In this document: piece after piece, positions 13,480 through 25,770 of the stretch | Numbering within the stretch: the stretch's first letter is position 1 | Layout: every line of letters begins with the position of its first letter | DNA from: Laetmonice hystrix | Lineage: Eukaryota | Direction of reading: 5' to 3' | NCBI GenBank assembly: GCA_965235115.1 | Contig: OZ249436.1 | Span: 27,344,001-27,408,000 of the forward strand | DNA: 64,000 nt | Position numbers and translations under genes: made by a program | Notes under the pieces: model-generated | Told to the model about the DNA's origin: nothing | What the model saw: only the letters and a program-made list of their open reading frames with translations | The model's database searches: none

Positions 13480-13506
13480 CTCTCACCATAGACTCTATGC
13501 TCTCAC
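13480..13506. mobile_element. Transposon footprint: 13-bp palindrome CATAGACTCTATG between 7-bp direct repeats CTCTCAC
   Basis: CTCTCAC (13480-13486) + CATAGACTCTATG (13487-13499) + CTCTCAC (13500-13506). CA...TG termini and 7-8 bp TSDs are typical of P-superfamily elements. Confidence 0.65.
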
Positions 13507-16479
13507 CAAGACGTAAAGTCAAGGCTGAGACGGACCATAATAAACAACTTACGAGTTATACAAAATGATATCAAAATTTAGCCAGAATATTTGAGTTTTG
13601 TAACACATGGCATTTTATGAAGCAGGATTCCACGGCATTTCTAGTTTTATCCACGTTTAACTGATTTCAGGCTGAATGTGCTAAAGAATTGAATGTTATG
13701 TAAGATACTTGTAGGCTGGCAGCTTTGAAGAGAGAGCATGCTTGATTGCACCCTTATACATAACAATCTTGCTGTCTAATGTTATTCAAGACATTTTAAG
13801 TCGTCGACTTCAGCATCAGATGTCGCTGTCTCACGGCCGTCATTTGAAATTAAATTGGCTGAAAAAAAAATTCATGGATGTGAACATGCAATTATACTGC
13901 AGCTGTGTTAAGAGAGGCACTCCACACAGAGTGACATCGTTTGTGAGTGTGGGACGGAGAGAGCTGTTGAACATAGTGCGGTTGGACACATCCCTTCCAG
14001 ACGTCTGATGTACAGAGCGAACAAGGCGGACTTTGCTGTGTCCCCGTCAAGCATAAATCCCAACCCAGCCGACTGCTACACAATTGCATCAAATGGAAAG
14101 GCAAGAAGTAAAGGGGAGAAAAAAACCAGTCGCACCTAATGGATGCTACTGACGACGTCCGTCGCTATGCTACTCTCTGTCAATCAGGGCTCAGAGGAGT
14201 AAGTGAAGATGGAGCTTCTGGGAAAGAAGGATGTGGGATGTCTGCAGCAGCAGCAGCAGCAGCAGCTATATACAGTTTAACATCAGTAGGAACAGGGTTG
14301 CATTAGAACCTAAACATTGTAAGGCCGTAAAATCGTCCTCTCTCCCGTTCAGACTGTGACAGACCTTTTTACAAATCAGAAATACAAGGTACATGTAGTA
14401 CACTTACAGATTATGATACTCTTGTTAAAGAAGAGCTGTATCGTGTTGAGCTCCGATGTACGCGGTTTTTACAGCATAGCGAAAGAGTAGACGTATCCGC
14501 CACTGGTTTGTTCTTTTATATTTCTATAGGACCGTTGTTTTGGCTAAATGTGCTTTCTGCTGTCAGAACATCTTATACCGTCTAATCTGTCTTCTTTAAG
14601 ATGTAGAGAAAGGAGGGACCAGCAGTCAGAACTTGAAGATCTATCCTACTCTTTCACTGAGAATGTTTTGAACATGCGAAACAGGCAGTTAGTTGTCCAC
14701 TACATCCATGACGTTCAACGCTTACACCTGCCCTGGTGTACCATGTATTATTGGGTGGTGCATTGAGACAATGTCCAGTAGTTTCGGGTTTGTCTGGCGT
14801 AGAGTATGACAAGTTAAGAAGTGATCCCACAGAGGATCCCGGAGTGTAGTCTGCCTCTGCCAGTAAATGATAGCAGTGGGAGTTCTCGACAGGAGCGTCG
14901 TCAGGCAGTGATCAGCACTGCCAGTGTAATTGGGCCAATCTTGAAATATCCCTCGCTCCCAACAGCGCCATTTGGCAGTGTCACCGCCGCCGTAATGGCA
15001 GCCATAAATATTCTCGCTAAAAAGACATAAGGTTTTCTGCTACTAGCCGTTAGGAAGGTGATTTTCTTCTTCAAGAACTGGCCACCCGCAAGCCCAGCTT
15101 CCAGAACTCGATAAAGAATCCATCCCAGTACTTAGTGTACCCATTAGGGCTGTTTCATAGTCTTTATTACTTCGCCGTGCGCAGAGACACTGCGGAGAAC
15201 TCCGGAGGGCAGACTTGGCAGACTTGAAAGAATCTGAATAACGTTCCACAAAGAGTACTTACTGAATGCATAGAGAAAATATTAGTAAAACTGCTTTGAA
15301 GCTTTGATTTTCTGTGTAGCTAATAGCGTTGGATATATATTATGCCGTACCAGATTGATGGCAGTGTAACAAATAACGTTTTTTTTTACTTACAAGCACC
15401 ATTGTGTTAGAGGCGTGGCGCGCTCTTTCTGGGTCACTCCGAACGGCCGTCATTAGCGATAAGTGCATGCAGACCACAAAAAATTTTAGTAGCTTCTAAC
15501 TAGTCAGGATAGTCGTGAGTAATGGTGAGTTTACAAGTAAACTCATTTTAAAGATAGTTTTGAACTGAACTGAACTGAAGTGTGAAGATGTCATTTTACA
15601 ATGTGTAGAAATTGGTAATCAGCTACAATATCCAATCGTCTATCTCGAGTTGGGTTATGTATTTTATTTTATTGGAGGAAAAGTACGAAGAAGATTGTTA
15701 CGTAGAAGAATAAGTTTTGAGCAATACATTTGACAAAATAAAGAAAAGATATAGGAGTCTGTCCGACTTCATTGTTTGACTCCATTCAGAGAAGTAAAAG
15801 TTAAGACACCTGAAGCTGCTGAAGGTGGCAGTAGGACCAAATGGATAATGTCAACTTACCAGTAGACCTAGTCAAGTAGTGAGGCCTGGCCAAAGGTTTG
15901 GTGCCGAGAAACGCATTTTTTCATAGTGTGGGCAGATTTTCAGGGTGGCATCAATGCTTGCACCACTCCATCCGACGACATCTTTCGCTCGAAAATATTG
16001 TTGGCGCAAGGTTTTCACTTTGACCTGAGTCTGTCCCTTCCGCCCATATCTCAATGGTGCACTAGTTATGCAAGCGAGCGTTCACGCTGCAGTTAGGTCG
16101 GGTAGGATTTGCTCCGACAGAGCTAAACCCCTGATTTAGCCGAACTCTACCCGAAGCCCACGTGGAGTAACTTATGTTGGGTAATTGCGTTCATATACGG
16201 CCGCTAGCCGAAACTTCGGGTGTGCTCCGGAACAAATCTCCAATGTGAACACGGGGCCTTACGGTTGCTGTTGGCCACACATGCAATGATTACGTGCGTT
16301 TGGGAGGGGACGGAATCCTTCCAATAAGTGTTTTCTGTTGCCAAGTCAAAAATATTAGGACAAGTTTAACAATTCTAAGGCCAGTGACTAAAAGGTCTGC
16401 GTTCTTCTACCAGGCCAGATTAAGTTCCCGGTACCAATTTCTTAGATGCTCCTGAAAGGTTCTGACGGGGCCACTTTCC

Positions 16480-16780
16480 TCATTTACATTGACTTTGGAA
16501 ATGCCAACCAGGTACTATTAGGGAAGCCTGTCGTAGTTCTGTACGACAGTTAAAAGCATGTTTTAAACTGTGCAGTCCAAAAGGCATTGGCAGACCAGGA
16601 AATAGCGCCTGTTAGGGCCGGTCGAGGCAGGAATCGCCCTGAACAGAGATAATATTTATTTGGCCACGACGGAATAGAATGCCCAATGGCTGATTTCTTT
16701 TGAAGCCAGTTACGAGACGTTTTGACAGCGTTAAAGGTTCCAGTGATGGTCGTTGTTGGTGGGCGAAATGTCTCTATAGA
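16480..16780 (+). mobile_element. Probable decayed hAT (ZBED/Ac-like) transposase fragment
   Basis: In one frame: HVLNCAVQKAL from 16557 (cf. hAT CxxHxLNLxVQxAL) and QLRDVLTALKVPVMVVVGGRNVSI from 16707 (cf. LxxVLxPLKxATxxLxGxxxVSIS), with two in-frame stops between them and shortened spacing. A frameshifted H-YID-WK-like segment lies at about 16481-16520. Confidence 0.4.
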
Positions 16781-18112
16781 GTTGGACGACGAATGCGACA
16801 GGATGGCCATGAAAGAGATGGATTGTGAAATTTGGCCCTCTGCGTGGTGCCGTGTTTAGCCTAGACCAACGAGTTGCCTAGACCAATGGGCCAGTCGTTC
16901 GGTTTGTGGATGGACCAGTTTGCCGTATTCACGTCGGGCCGCCTTCAGCCGACGTTTAGCCGTGCTCCTTCAGGCAAGGTCATTGGGGCATGGGTGGTTG
17001 TAACCGACTATGGTGTTGACACCTGGCGAGCCTCCTCAAGCGTAGTTAGAGGGCGTGGTCTGGACTGATAGACTGACTGTAAGGCGGTCATGTCTGCTCC
17101 ACTAGCCCGCATTGACTGGACAGTTTGAGATTGATTTGACGACATCATTCACGACCGGCTGTCGCCGTCATTCTCAGCTCTAATTACATCTGTATGTAGA
17201 GGTTGAAAGCTCACTTAGCTTGGCTTACCTGTATTTTATTACATGTCTAAGAACACATTTACTCCCCTATCTGTGTAAAAGCGATTCTTGTGACACAGGC
17301 ACGTTCTCTAAAGTCTCCCCGATATGGTCGGGTTATAAAAAGTCACTCAGACGTGTCTGGGACAAGAAACCATTAAGACAGCCTAGATTGTAACATCTAT
17401 AATGGGCTGATTTCTTTCAGAAACCATTTAAACTCACTTGTCAATAAGTCTGGTTCAGGCCGCAGGCAATTTAAGTTGAAAATCTGGCTGTTGCGATAGT
17501 TTCTATCTCAACACTGCTTGGGTGGCATCTGTCGGAGGTGGATGAGACGTGTAGGAACGGAGTGTATTCATGCCTCAGTAAACAGTTGAACATTAACTTA
17601 AAATTAAGTTCATTAAATTTAGACTGCCTGGGACAGGGATCATGTACAAATACATGCAGTGCAGGTGTAGCATTAGGTGTAAAATTCTGTAATAGGTCAT
17701 ACTGAAAATGTGGCAGTCACGATAGACATTGTGAGAGAAGATGTGACAGTCACATGTCACGGAGAATTTATTACCTGTCAGCATGCTCTTACACCTGATA
17801 GTAATTGCATTGTTTTCTTCGCCATATCAGATAGCGCGGAGCACAAGGCAAAATGGAACGATGCCAAGGGGGAGTGGGGGCGGCTAATTGAGAAATTCCA
17901 ATTTCTCAATCAAAATGAGGATGAACCTTTTTCATTGTTTATCAAGCAAATTGAATGGATCACTTTCCGTTTCCGTGCTGAAGGGGCAAAAGTACCGTAT
18001 TTGAATGACCGCAATTCATTCCTTTCACCATTGTCCATGGCACGCATATGTTTGATTGATTACCATTAATTTGAACGAATAATGCTGTCAGTAATTGATG
18101 TGGTTCTCTTTC

Positions 18113-18378
18113 GGAGATCATTGTATATAACCACTAATAACCCCGATAGGGAGGTCATTGCATACATGTATAACCACTAATAACCCTGATAGGGAGGTCA
18201 TTGTATATAACCACTAATAACCCTGATAGGGAGGTCATTGCATACATGTATAACCACTAATAACCCTGTTAGGGATATTATTGTATATAACCACTAATAA
18301 CCCTGATAGGGAGGTCATTGTATATAACCACTAATAACCCTGATAGGGAGATCATTGTATATAACCACTAATAACCCT
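18113..18378. repeat. Minisatellite, 7 units of 37 bp (two 43-bp variants)
   Basis: Unit GGAGGTCATTGTATATAACCACTAATAACCCTGATAG; units 2 and 4 carry a 6-bp insertion. Confidence 0.95.
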
Positions 18379-19597
18379 CACAAGGATTTTGCACGTACGA
18401 CCACTGAACTCCTAGAAAACACAGCCTGTTTGTGACAGCAAGCTAGGTGTCGTAAAAGATTAACATCTAGACTCAGATAGTAATCTCAAAATCGGGAAAT
18501 TATGCAGGCACCACGGCCTGTTGTAATACTAGTGAGATGATCATTGCTCACTGATACATTTCCATCATGCACGTTTAAAGGTGCTATTCGTCTCGCACAG
18601 AATGGCATTTCTCCTATCATACATTGTGCACATAGTACTAGAAAAAATTCCTACCGATACCATTGGCCTGATAAACCTTCTATTAGTTCATGTGCAGCAT
18701 TTGAAGCCTATCTCGGTGCGCACCGAGATAGAGCCATTTCCTATGGAGGGGCGTGTCAGGGTCTCCACAGGCCTTCTGAGAGAGCCCCATTTGTGCCGTT
18801 ATCCATGAACAATTTTGATTTCCTTTGTTGTGAATCTATTTCCATGATAGGTGGGATCACATAAACGTCAACAAAATAAAAAATATAAAAATTGAACTTT
18901 TTTTCACGAATAGCACCTTTAAATGAAATAGGAGCTTTAAGAATGAAAGTGCAGCAAAGTGATCATGTTGCGTGGGAGAAGCCTTGTACAAGCCAGGGCA
19001 ACTGCAGATCACCTTCCACATACAGTGAACCTGATTAGGACTGGGCGTAGAGAAGGGGACTGGACACTTGGCTTTGATTAGAAACGTGCAGTAAATGATG
19101 TCGGCCATGATGACGGCTGGCACATTCTGCAGGCTGACAAGTCGCATGGTGCTCGCCTTTCGGATATCTTCTCTGTGTCCGTGAGAGCCGCACCACTGTT
19201 ATAACAGTAGAGTAGACAGTATATTGTAGGTAATATTATTAATCACGCACCTGCCATTTGGTCTTAATTTGTTTGAGGAATTGTACTCCGGTTCTGGCAG
19301 GCATACATGATCAGTTTGTGACTGAATCCCCCAAGGTTGCCCGTTGTCTCGTCTCATTAAAGATGCTATTTACCATCGTGATTAGGAACACGGTAGACTG
19401 TTTCATGACTTCTTCGCTTGTTTATCTTCGCCTTGGTAGATTTACCTTCAGAGTGATGGGCCTGGAGTCTGGAATTGGTTTTAGATGTTAAGTTAGAAAA
19501 AAAAGTTACTATTGCCATGACAAATGGAAACGATTTGACTGACACTTTACCAAGAAATGTAAGCGTGCATTTGGTGTTTCTTTAGTCGACTACCTTT

Positions 19598-19960
19598 TTT
19601 AGTCCCCAACCCATTTGGCAATGGCAAGACAAAACGATCCCAATTTCTTTCAAATTTGTTTTAAGGCAGAAGAATATGGGGAGCAATGTATTATGTCAAT
19701 GTATTCCCAGTTCAGAGCAAATATGACAACATATTTGTTTTTTCTACCACCAAAATAACCCTGTTTTGGCTCATATCTTGAAAATGGTGCAAGATAACGC
19801 AATAGCTCCTATTATTGGCAGACAGGAAGTCATGTATGACATTTCGTATTACGCCATTTTCCATTACCATGAGTGACCTTGAAAGGTCAATCAAGGTCAT
19901 GTATATTGTCAGTAATCTTACGTAAAACATTACACAATGATCAGGGATAGTCTAAGATAG
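19598..19960 (-). mobile_element. Helentron/HINE-like interspersed repeat, copy 1 (internally deleted)
   Basis: Reverse-complement homology to 55150-55988. The ORF track shows a shared translation, YCVILHHF(Q/R)DMSQN..IL.V.KTNM. It begins with TTAGTCCCCAACCC, the reverse complement of the 55.98 kb terminal hairpin end. Confidence 0.7.
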
Positions 19961-20151
19961 TTTGAACATAGTCTGTGGAAGAAGATGTCTCTGTCGAACT
20001 TGAAGTTTTATACACTTATAAACGGCTACACGATAGGTCGGGTGGCGGTGCTTCAGATTCATTGTGTTAGCTGAAGTTCCTACATTCTGGTATGTGTTTC
20101 ATTCTTGTTACCGATATAATTTACTTATACTGATACTTTGTCTACTTGCAG

Positions 20152-20190
20152 GTAAGTACCCTGATTAACTCAACATCGGGTCTGGTACCG
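20152..20190 (+). other. Candidate 39-nt micro-exon / recursive splice (RS) exon
   Basis: Branch-like CTGAT at 20130-20134, then TTTGTCTACTTGCAG acceptor (AG 20150-20151) immediately followed by GTAAGT. A second donor CCG|GTAAGT is at 20191. Length is a multiple of 3 and only phase 0 is open (VSTLINSTSGLVP). Confidence 0.5.
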
Positions 20191-21870
20191 GTAAGTGTTT
20201 ACATGTTGTTTATAGTGACGTTGGTCTCGATGGACTCGGCAGTCTGTTCATCCCACTTTTTGGGGGTTTTTTGGTTTGTTTTTTGGGGTTATGAGGACAT
20301 GAATACTTTAGTGCGACAGCTGCTACACCGACTTAAAAAGTGAACTCATATTTGAGTCCCTTGCAGTAATTACATGTACACTTGTTTCAGCTGTTTCATG
20401 TGTGTTTGGAGGGGAGTTTACATGCCCTGGTACACCACAGGGAAACAGTTTATTTCTGATAACTCGAATCTGGGATAAACAACTCACTTCACTTTGGTTT
20501 CAAGTGAATAAACAAAAACCAAACATGATAAAGGTAAATATTTTTAACTGGTATACGTTTATGCGCTCTGTATAGCAAACAAGAGGTATTTTATCAGGTC
20601 AACAATACTACTAGATATAAGGATAGCAATGATAAATAAATCATCATTGCATTGCCGTGCACTTAATGCTATCCATTGACAAGTGAATGATGTTTGATGG
20701 CTGGGTAAGTTGTCATCTCATTAGGGCCCCAACAACAGCACAAAGATCAGTTCCAAGCCCTGACTACCTTTGCCCTTCTCCGAACCGCCATCAAAAATAT
20801 GGGTCGCGTTGAGACAGAGAGTCGGGCAGAAAACACCAGCAAAGGCTTGGCGCGGTGCCCGAGGTTAACATATACACCACTTAGGCCGGTTGTATACATG
20901 TAATTGCTAGTCTGTCTAGGCTGCATCACATGAATGAATTAGCAATGACTGGAGAGAAAGTTTGCGGCGGTAGGCCAGACATGGGGCGGTGGAAGTGATT
21001 ACAACACGTTATGGCGGCAGCCGAAGCCAGTTGATGATGATGAATATGGTTTATGGCATGTGAATTATGCGTCCAGTAACGAGTGTGAAAAGGACACATG
21101 ATGGCGTCATTAAGCTGTCACATGGTACACTGAGCATGACGGGAAGCCCGCTGAGGGCTGGGGGTGTGGGTGTGGGTTAGGAGTAGGTGAGGGACAACGG
21201 TGGGCGGCCTGAGGTTACTGACAGAACAGGACTCCTGGGGGACGGACATCCAGGCATTGTTGCTCATCACCTGAAATTATTAACATGGCGAGACCTTGTT
21301 TGCAGTATCTAAGATTTCATATAAGACCTGCATAATTTGCGAGGGGCATAGAGAAGCTCTCAGCACTACTCTCAGCTTATAATTTTTAGAAATAGATCAT
21401 TTTAAATTTTTTAATTTTTGCTATGTTTTGTTCACCATATTGAAACATGCCAGTGTGGCCAGAGCACAATCATTTGACCCATAACATGTGGTTAATGTCA
21501 ATGACCTAGTATTTTTACAATGTAGAAGGATGGCCAGGGAGTGAGGTAGAATGGAAGCTGTACTGTAGTATAAACAGTGCTGCGGTATACTGTGCTGTCA
21601 GGGCGGTTATTCTATCAGTTTTAGAGGGCGACGGCAAAACAAATAAATGTTTTCTTTTCTCAAATCGAGCCAGAAAAACGATTCCAGCTTCTCGAAGTTG
21701 AATTCCAATGGTTGCAACCGGGGTTCCCCCTCTCAGGTCGTGTGCTAATGAAGCCTTTGGTAGTTTCCTATGTCCCGAACAATGAACAACAGTATTACTG
21801 TGATAGGCAAACATATGTGTGACCAACACGGAGTATTACCGTATACCTGTAACGAGCTGTGATATCTCAG

Positions 21871-21986
21871 CCAGCCGCCCGGACGTGAAATTCAAAGCGG
21901 AGCTCATTTGCATCCCTATCCCTATCCCTAACTCTAACCCATTTTGAAGAAAATGGGGCAGGGGACAACAAACAAAGGGCGGCTGG
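21871..21986. mobile_element. Small inverted-repeat element with (CCCTAT/CCCTAA)n core
   Basis: CCAGCCGCCC...GGGCGGCTGG perfect 10-bp IR around ATCCCTATCCCTATCCCTAACTCTAACCC; no clear TSD. Confidence 0.4.
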
Positions 21987-24464
21987 ACAGGTGATTGGTT
22001 AAGTTAAATACGCTTTGGTCCCGAGTTTGCGTAGGAATAAAAATTTCGCTGCCCGGACACGCCCCCCCCCCCTCCGCCCGCCGGCGGTCGGTCAGAGGTG
22101 ATATTCACCTCAGTATGAGCTGGGATCAGGATGACCCGAGGGATCAGGTTGAACTGACACCAGATGAACAAAGTCGGTTAAAGTCCCGAGGCTGGCATAA
22201 ATAGGCCTACATACATAACAAACATAACCCACCTACAGTAGACAGTGTAGCTGATTAACTGAGTTCCTTCTACCGTGCTTCCCCGACCAATTATAATGTG
22301 TCACCCGATCAGTTGATTGCTTTCCATAGCATTCAGGGATTTTGCCATAGATAAAGCCGGGATTTAGTGACCTCCACGTGGTAAGTAGTGTGACAAGGTT
22401 AGGGATATTGTACTCTGCGTGAGGTCTTGATTCATAACTGATTCTCTCTCCTCATTATAAACCTGTAAGACCGTGCAGCCAACCGACCACCTGGCTTTGT
22501 ACAAATACACCAATCTGTACCTGAGGCAGGACCGTGGCTATTCACCAGACAATGGTTAGACTGCAGCCCCACCACCGCTGCTGCTGCTGCTGGTTAGCTA
22601 ACCGTCATCGTCAGCCTCCAGAATGGGAAAGTCAAACACAATATTGACTCGCTAGACCCAGTGCAGAGTAAATGGGGCTCGACTGGATGAGGTGTCAGTG
22701 GTTTGGTGTTTAGTCAGGCCGCTTGTGGACAGCTTCCGGAGACTGGCTGTCGAACCACTGTATCAGCGAATCTCATTGGTCGATTAAGGGCGTCGGGAGG
22801 GGGGGGGGGCAAAGTCAGCTTTTCCTGTGTCAGAGCCCAATTTGAGGTTGGCATAGTGATAATGGTTTCCAGTATTAACTATCAATATTGATTCTACTGT
22901 AAAACCACTCTTTTTACTGGGACATTTTACATTTCTCTAGCGCATAATGACACTGACAGCTGACATTGAAAATACCTGCTCTCTACTTTTCACCATAAAT
23001 ATTTCATCCGTGTTCACCCAAATGTTATTTTAAAAATAGGACTCTAGAAGTGAAAATGTTTGTTAGAGCATTAACCATGAATATTTAAGTAGTACCTGAA
23101 ACGATGGATGTTTTTCAGCAAGCCAGTTTGTCAGGCAGGCATTGTGGGTAAAATCAGTTACATTTTCATGTCAATTGTAAATTAGTTCCAATGATCGGGC
23201 ATGTCAAGATGCCAAATATAGGTGCGGTACACGATACACAAGTTAACCATCACTCATTAAGATATTGGCTTCCACTAACTCCCGATACGGATAGAGACCC
23301 CCTTTATTTATGACCATGCAAAAGCTGGCCGTTATCGACCACGAGGGAAGTTTTCCGTGATGGCAGGCTTCTATTCACATAACTCAAGTTTATATCATTA
23401 AAGCCCATCGCTTTAAGACATCGGGCGCATAGGTAAACCAGTTTTATGTGGACCAACAAAATAGAACTGAACAGAGCGATCACAACAGCTGGGTTTTTTC
23501 CTACGCAGACACTGCATGTGTTAGGTGTTAAAGAACAGAAAAAACTCGATATTATGGCCAGTAAATTATTTACAGGCATTATGCGAATTTTCTTTTAATT
23601 TTCTGACGAGCATCATTAAAGCGCATGTTTGCTACTCCCGTAATGGATGCCTGTCGAATGGATAAGTTACATGCTGCTTTTGAAATGAAAATGTTGTTCT
23701 GCAATTTAGAACGAAAATTGAGGGACAATTGATCCTTTCTTCCGCCCGATTTCCAACAGACTACTGCGCAATCCTTAGAAACCGGAGGCGGTGTTTAAAC
23801 TTGTTCACACCCATTTTTTTATCACCGTGTCATGGGTCTGCCAATGTCAATACAAAATTGTGGGAATATTTTGTTGGCAAAATATCAGTGACTAGATGTT
23901 GTATATTGAACCGTAATAAAGTCTGACATCACCAGTGAACTCTAACGTGTCTATACCACGGTCTGGTGACTCAGTTGTACAAGTATATCTTGGTACTTCC
24001 AGGCAGACACGTTCATTAATTTCACTCCTGTCATTTGTTTCTTGTTATCTAGTATCTTCATGCAGTGATCCAAAGGCGGCATTGCTCTTGGCAGATTACT
24101 CGTAATACAAAGCCGTTCTGAGAGGCTCTGACCTATCTAATGATAGCAAAGTCAGAGTATGCCGATATGCCTATGTTTCAGCCCCGTTAACATGCCCACT
24201 TAATTAAACGCAGTGTTTGGTGTCCAGACTCCTCTCATAACTTCTACTTGTCACTCTGCCTGCGTTAATTTCAACATATTCCTATAAAAATCTCACTGTA
24301 ATATCACAGGTACAAGAGTTAGAATAAGCGAACTGACAATGCCTGTTCCAGTGTCCACCATTTTGTTTAGTGTGGTAGATTCGCTGCTCGGAGGCTGCAG
24401 AAGTTTGAACTAGTCGATCACTTCACGCCGGCTAGCACCTCACTCGGAACGACCGAGGCTGCTT

Positions 24465-24718
24465 CTGATTGGCTGTTTCACCAGGATTTGCGTAAAGTCA
24501 TGTCAAGCGGTCGCGCATGAATATGAGCAGTAAATCTAGCTAAACCTAGCCACCCACACACCCCACCCCCAAACATGGCGCCCTCCGTTGTACAGCCGAC
24601 ACATGACGAAGTCAGTCGAGGGTGAGCCGAGTGCTATGACGCGGGAATTAGACAACTGTAGAAGTGATCCGTTGGTAGCCTCTGGCCGTTCATACTCACT
24701 TCCGGTTCAAACATGGCG
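24465..24718 (+). promoter_or_regulatory. Promoter-like motif cluster (CCAAT, two YY1-like, ETS)
   Basis: CTGATTGGCT 24465-24474, AAACATGGCG 24571-24580 and 24709-24718, CACTTCCGGT 24697-24706; CpG-rich. The second YY1-like motif overlaps an ATG at 24713. Confidence 0.4.
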
Positions 24719-25770
24719 TCAGAAAATAGAGTAATGCCAAAGGCTGGCGAAAAACGGTTGGATTACTAGTCAACTCAAAGGATTTACAACTCTGCAAAGG
24801 CCGGAATCTCAAAATATATGTAGTTTAGGGACGGATGGGTGAAATGGTCGAGTAGAAATCATAGAAAAGAATAGCAGTGCACTCGATCCCTCGGAATGGG
24901 ATAGGCATCTCGATCTATGCAAAGCTATGGGCCTAGTTGCTATCCCTAAGGGTATCATGGAAAGAACGTCTTTTCGCATAGGAAATCACACACCGCTTAG
25001 ATATGGTTTTTAATACCAGGAGCATATGACCGTTAATAAACTAGCAAGCGGGACCCGTCTAAACGGAAGAGATCTCGTTTCTAAAGGAGCTACAGACTAC
25101 AGTTGGTTCGGATGTGACTGTCAGCGGTCTTTTCGTGGAAGCTGCCAGACGCCCGGATACGGCCAAGGAAATAATACGAAGGGCGAGTAAATTTTGTAGA
25201 AACTGGCAAACTCGTTCAACGAAAGTTGTTTCCTCCATCATGGGTCCAAACTTCGGGAACACCCTGTATGTGATGACTGTCATGGCGTGTTAGCCATTTC
25301 ACCGAGTCTCAATGACAACAGTCAACAGTATCCATGCCCAGAGCCTTCAAGTAAAGAAACGCCGAAATTGTTTTGCTCCAGTGATTGAAAGGCTTTAATG
25401 ATGACGGAAGGCAAGCTGATAACATGCTGTGCAAAGTTACTGGAGAAGAAGCCAAAACTCCAGGGCAGGAACTGATAAGAACAATTCTCCCAGGGTCTCC
25501 GAACAATACCGGCAAACCTGGCTTCATCACTTGAGACCGGCGTTTTCTTCACGAGCACGACGGGACATCAATCTTCTTCAATCGGTTGCCAACTTATCAC
25601 TTTTTTCAAATTGGGGAAACACCACAATGAACGGACTTTGGGGCTCAAATTACAAAGTTTAGAAGATGTTCTGTTAAAATTTCAGTCAAATTATCAAATC
25701 CGGAAAATAGGGGAGGACGTTAATGACACTGCAGATATCCCACAGTCCTTTCGCTGTGAAAGTAATTGAA
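24713..25770 (+). pseudogene. Decayed intronless coding-like region of unknown family (possibly transposon-derived)
   Basis: Starts MASENRVMPKAGEKRLDY*. Successive protein-like segments are broken by stops and frameshifts: GRVEIIEKNSSALDPSEWDRHLDLCKAMGLVAIPKGIM; TEEISFLKELQTTVGSDVTVSGLFVEAARRP; KLANSFNESCFLHHGSKLREHPVCDDCHG. No family recognised. Confidence 0.35.

Noticed and set aside
15043..15270. Minus-strand LWNVIQILSSL...KKITFLTA, faintly like a DIRS tyrosine recombinase
   Set aside because: Similarity is too weak and no catalytic motifs were seen.
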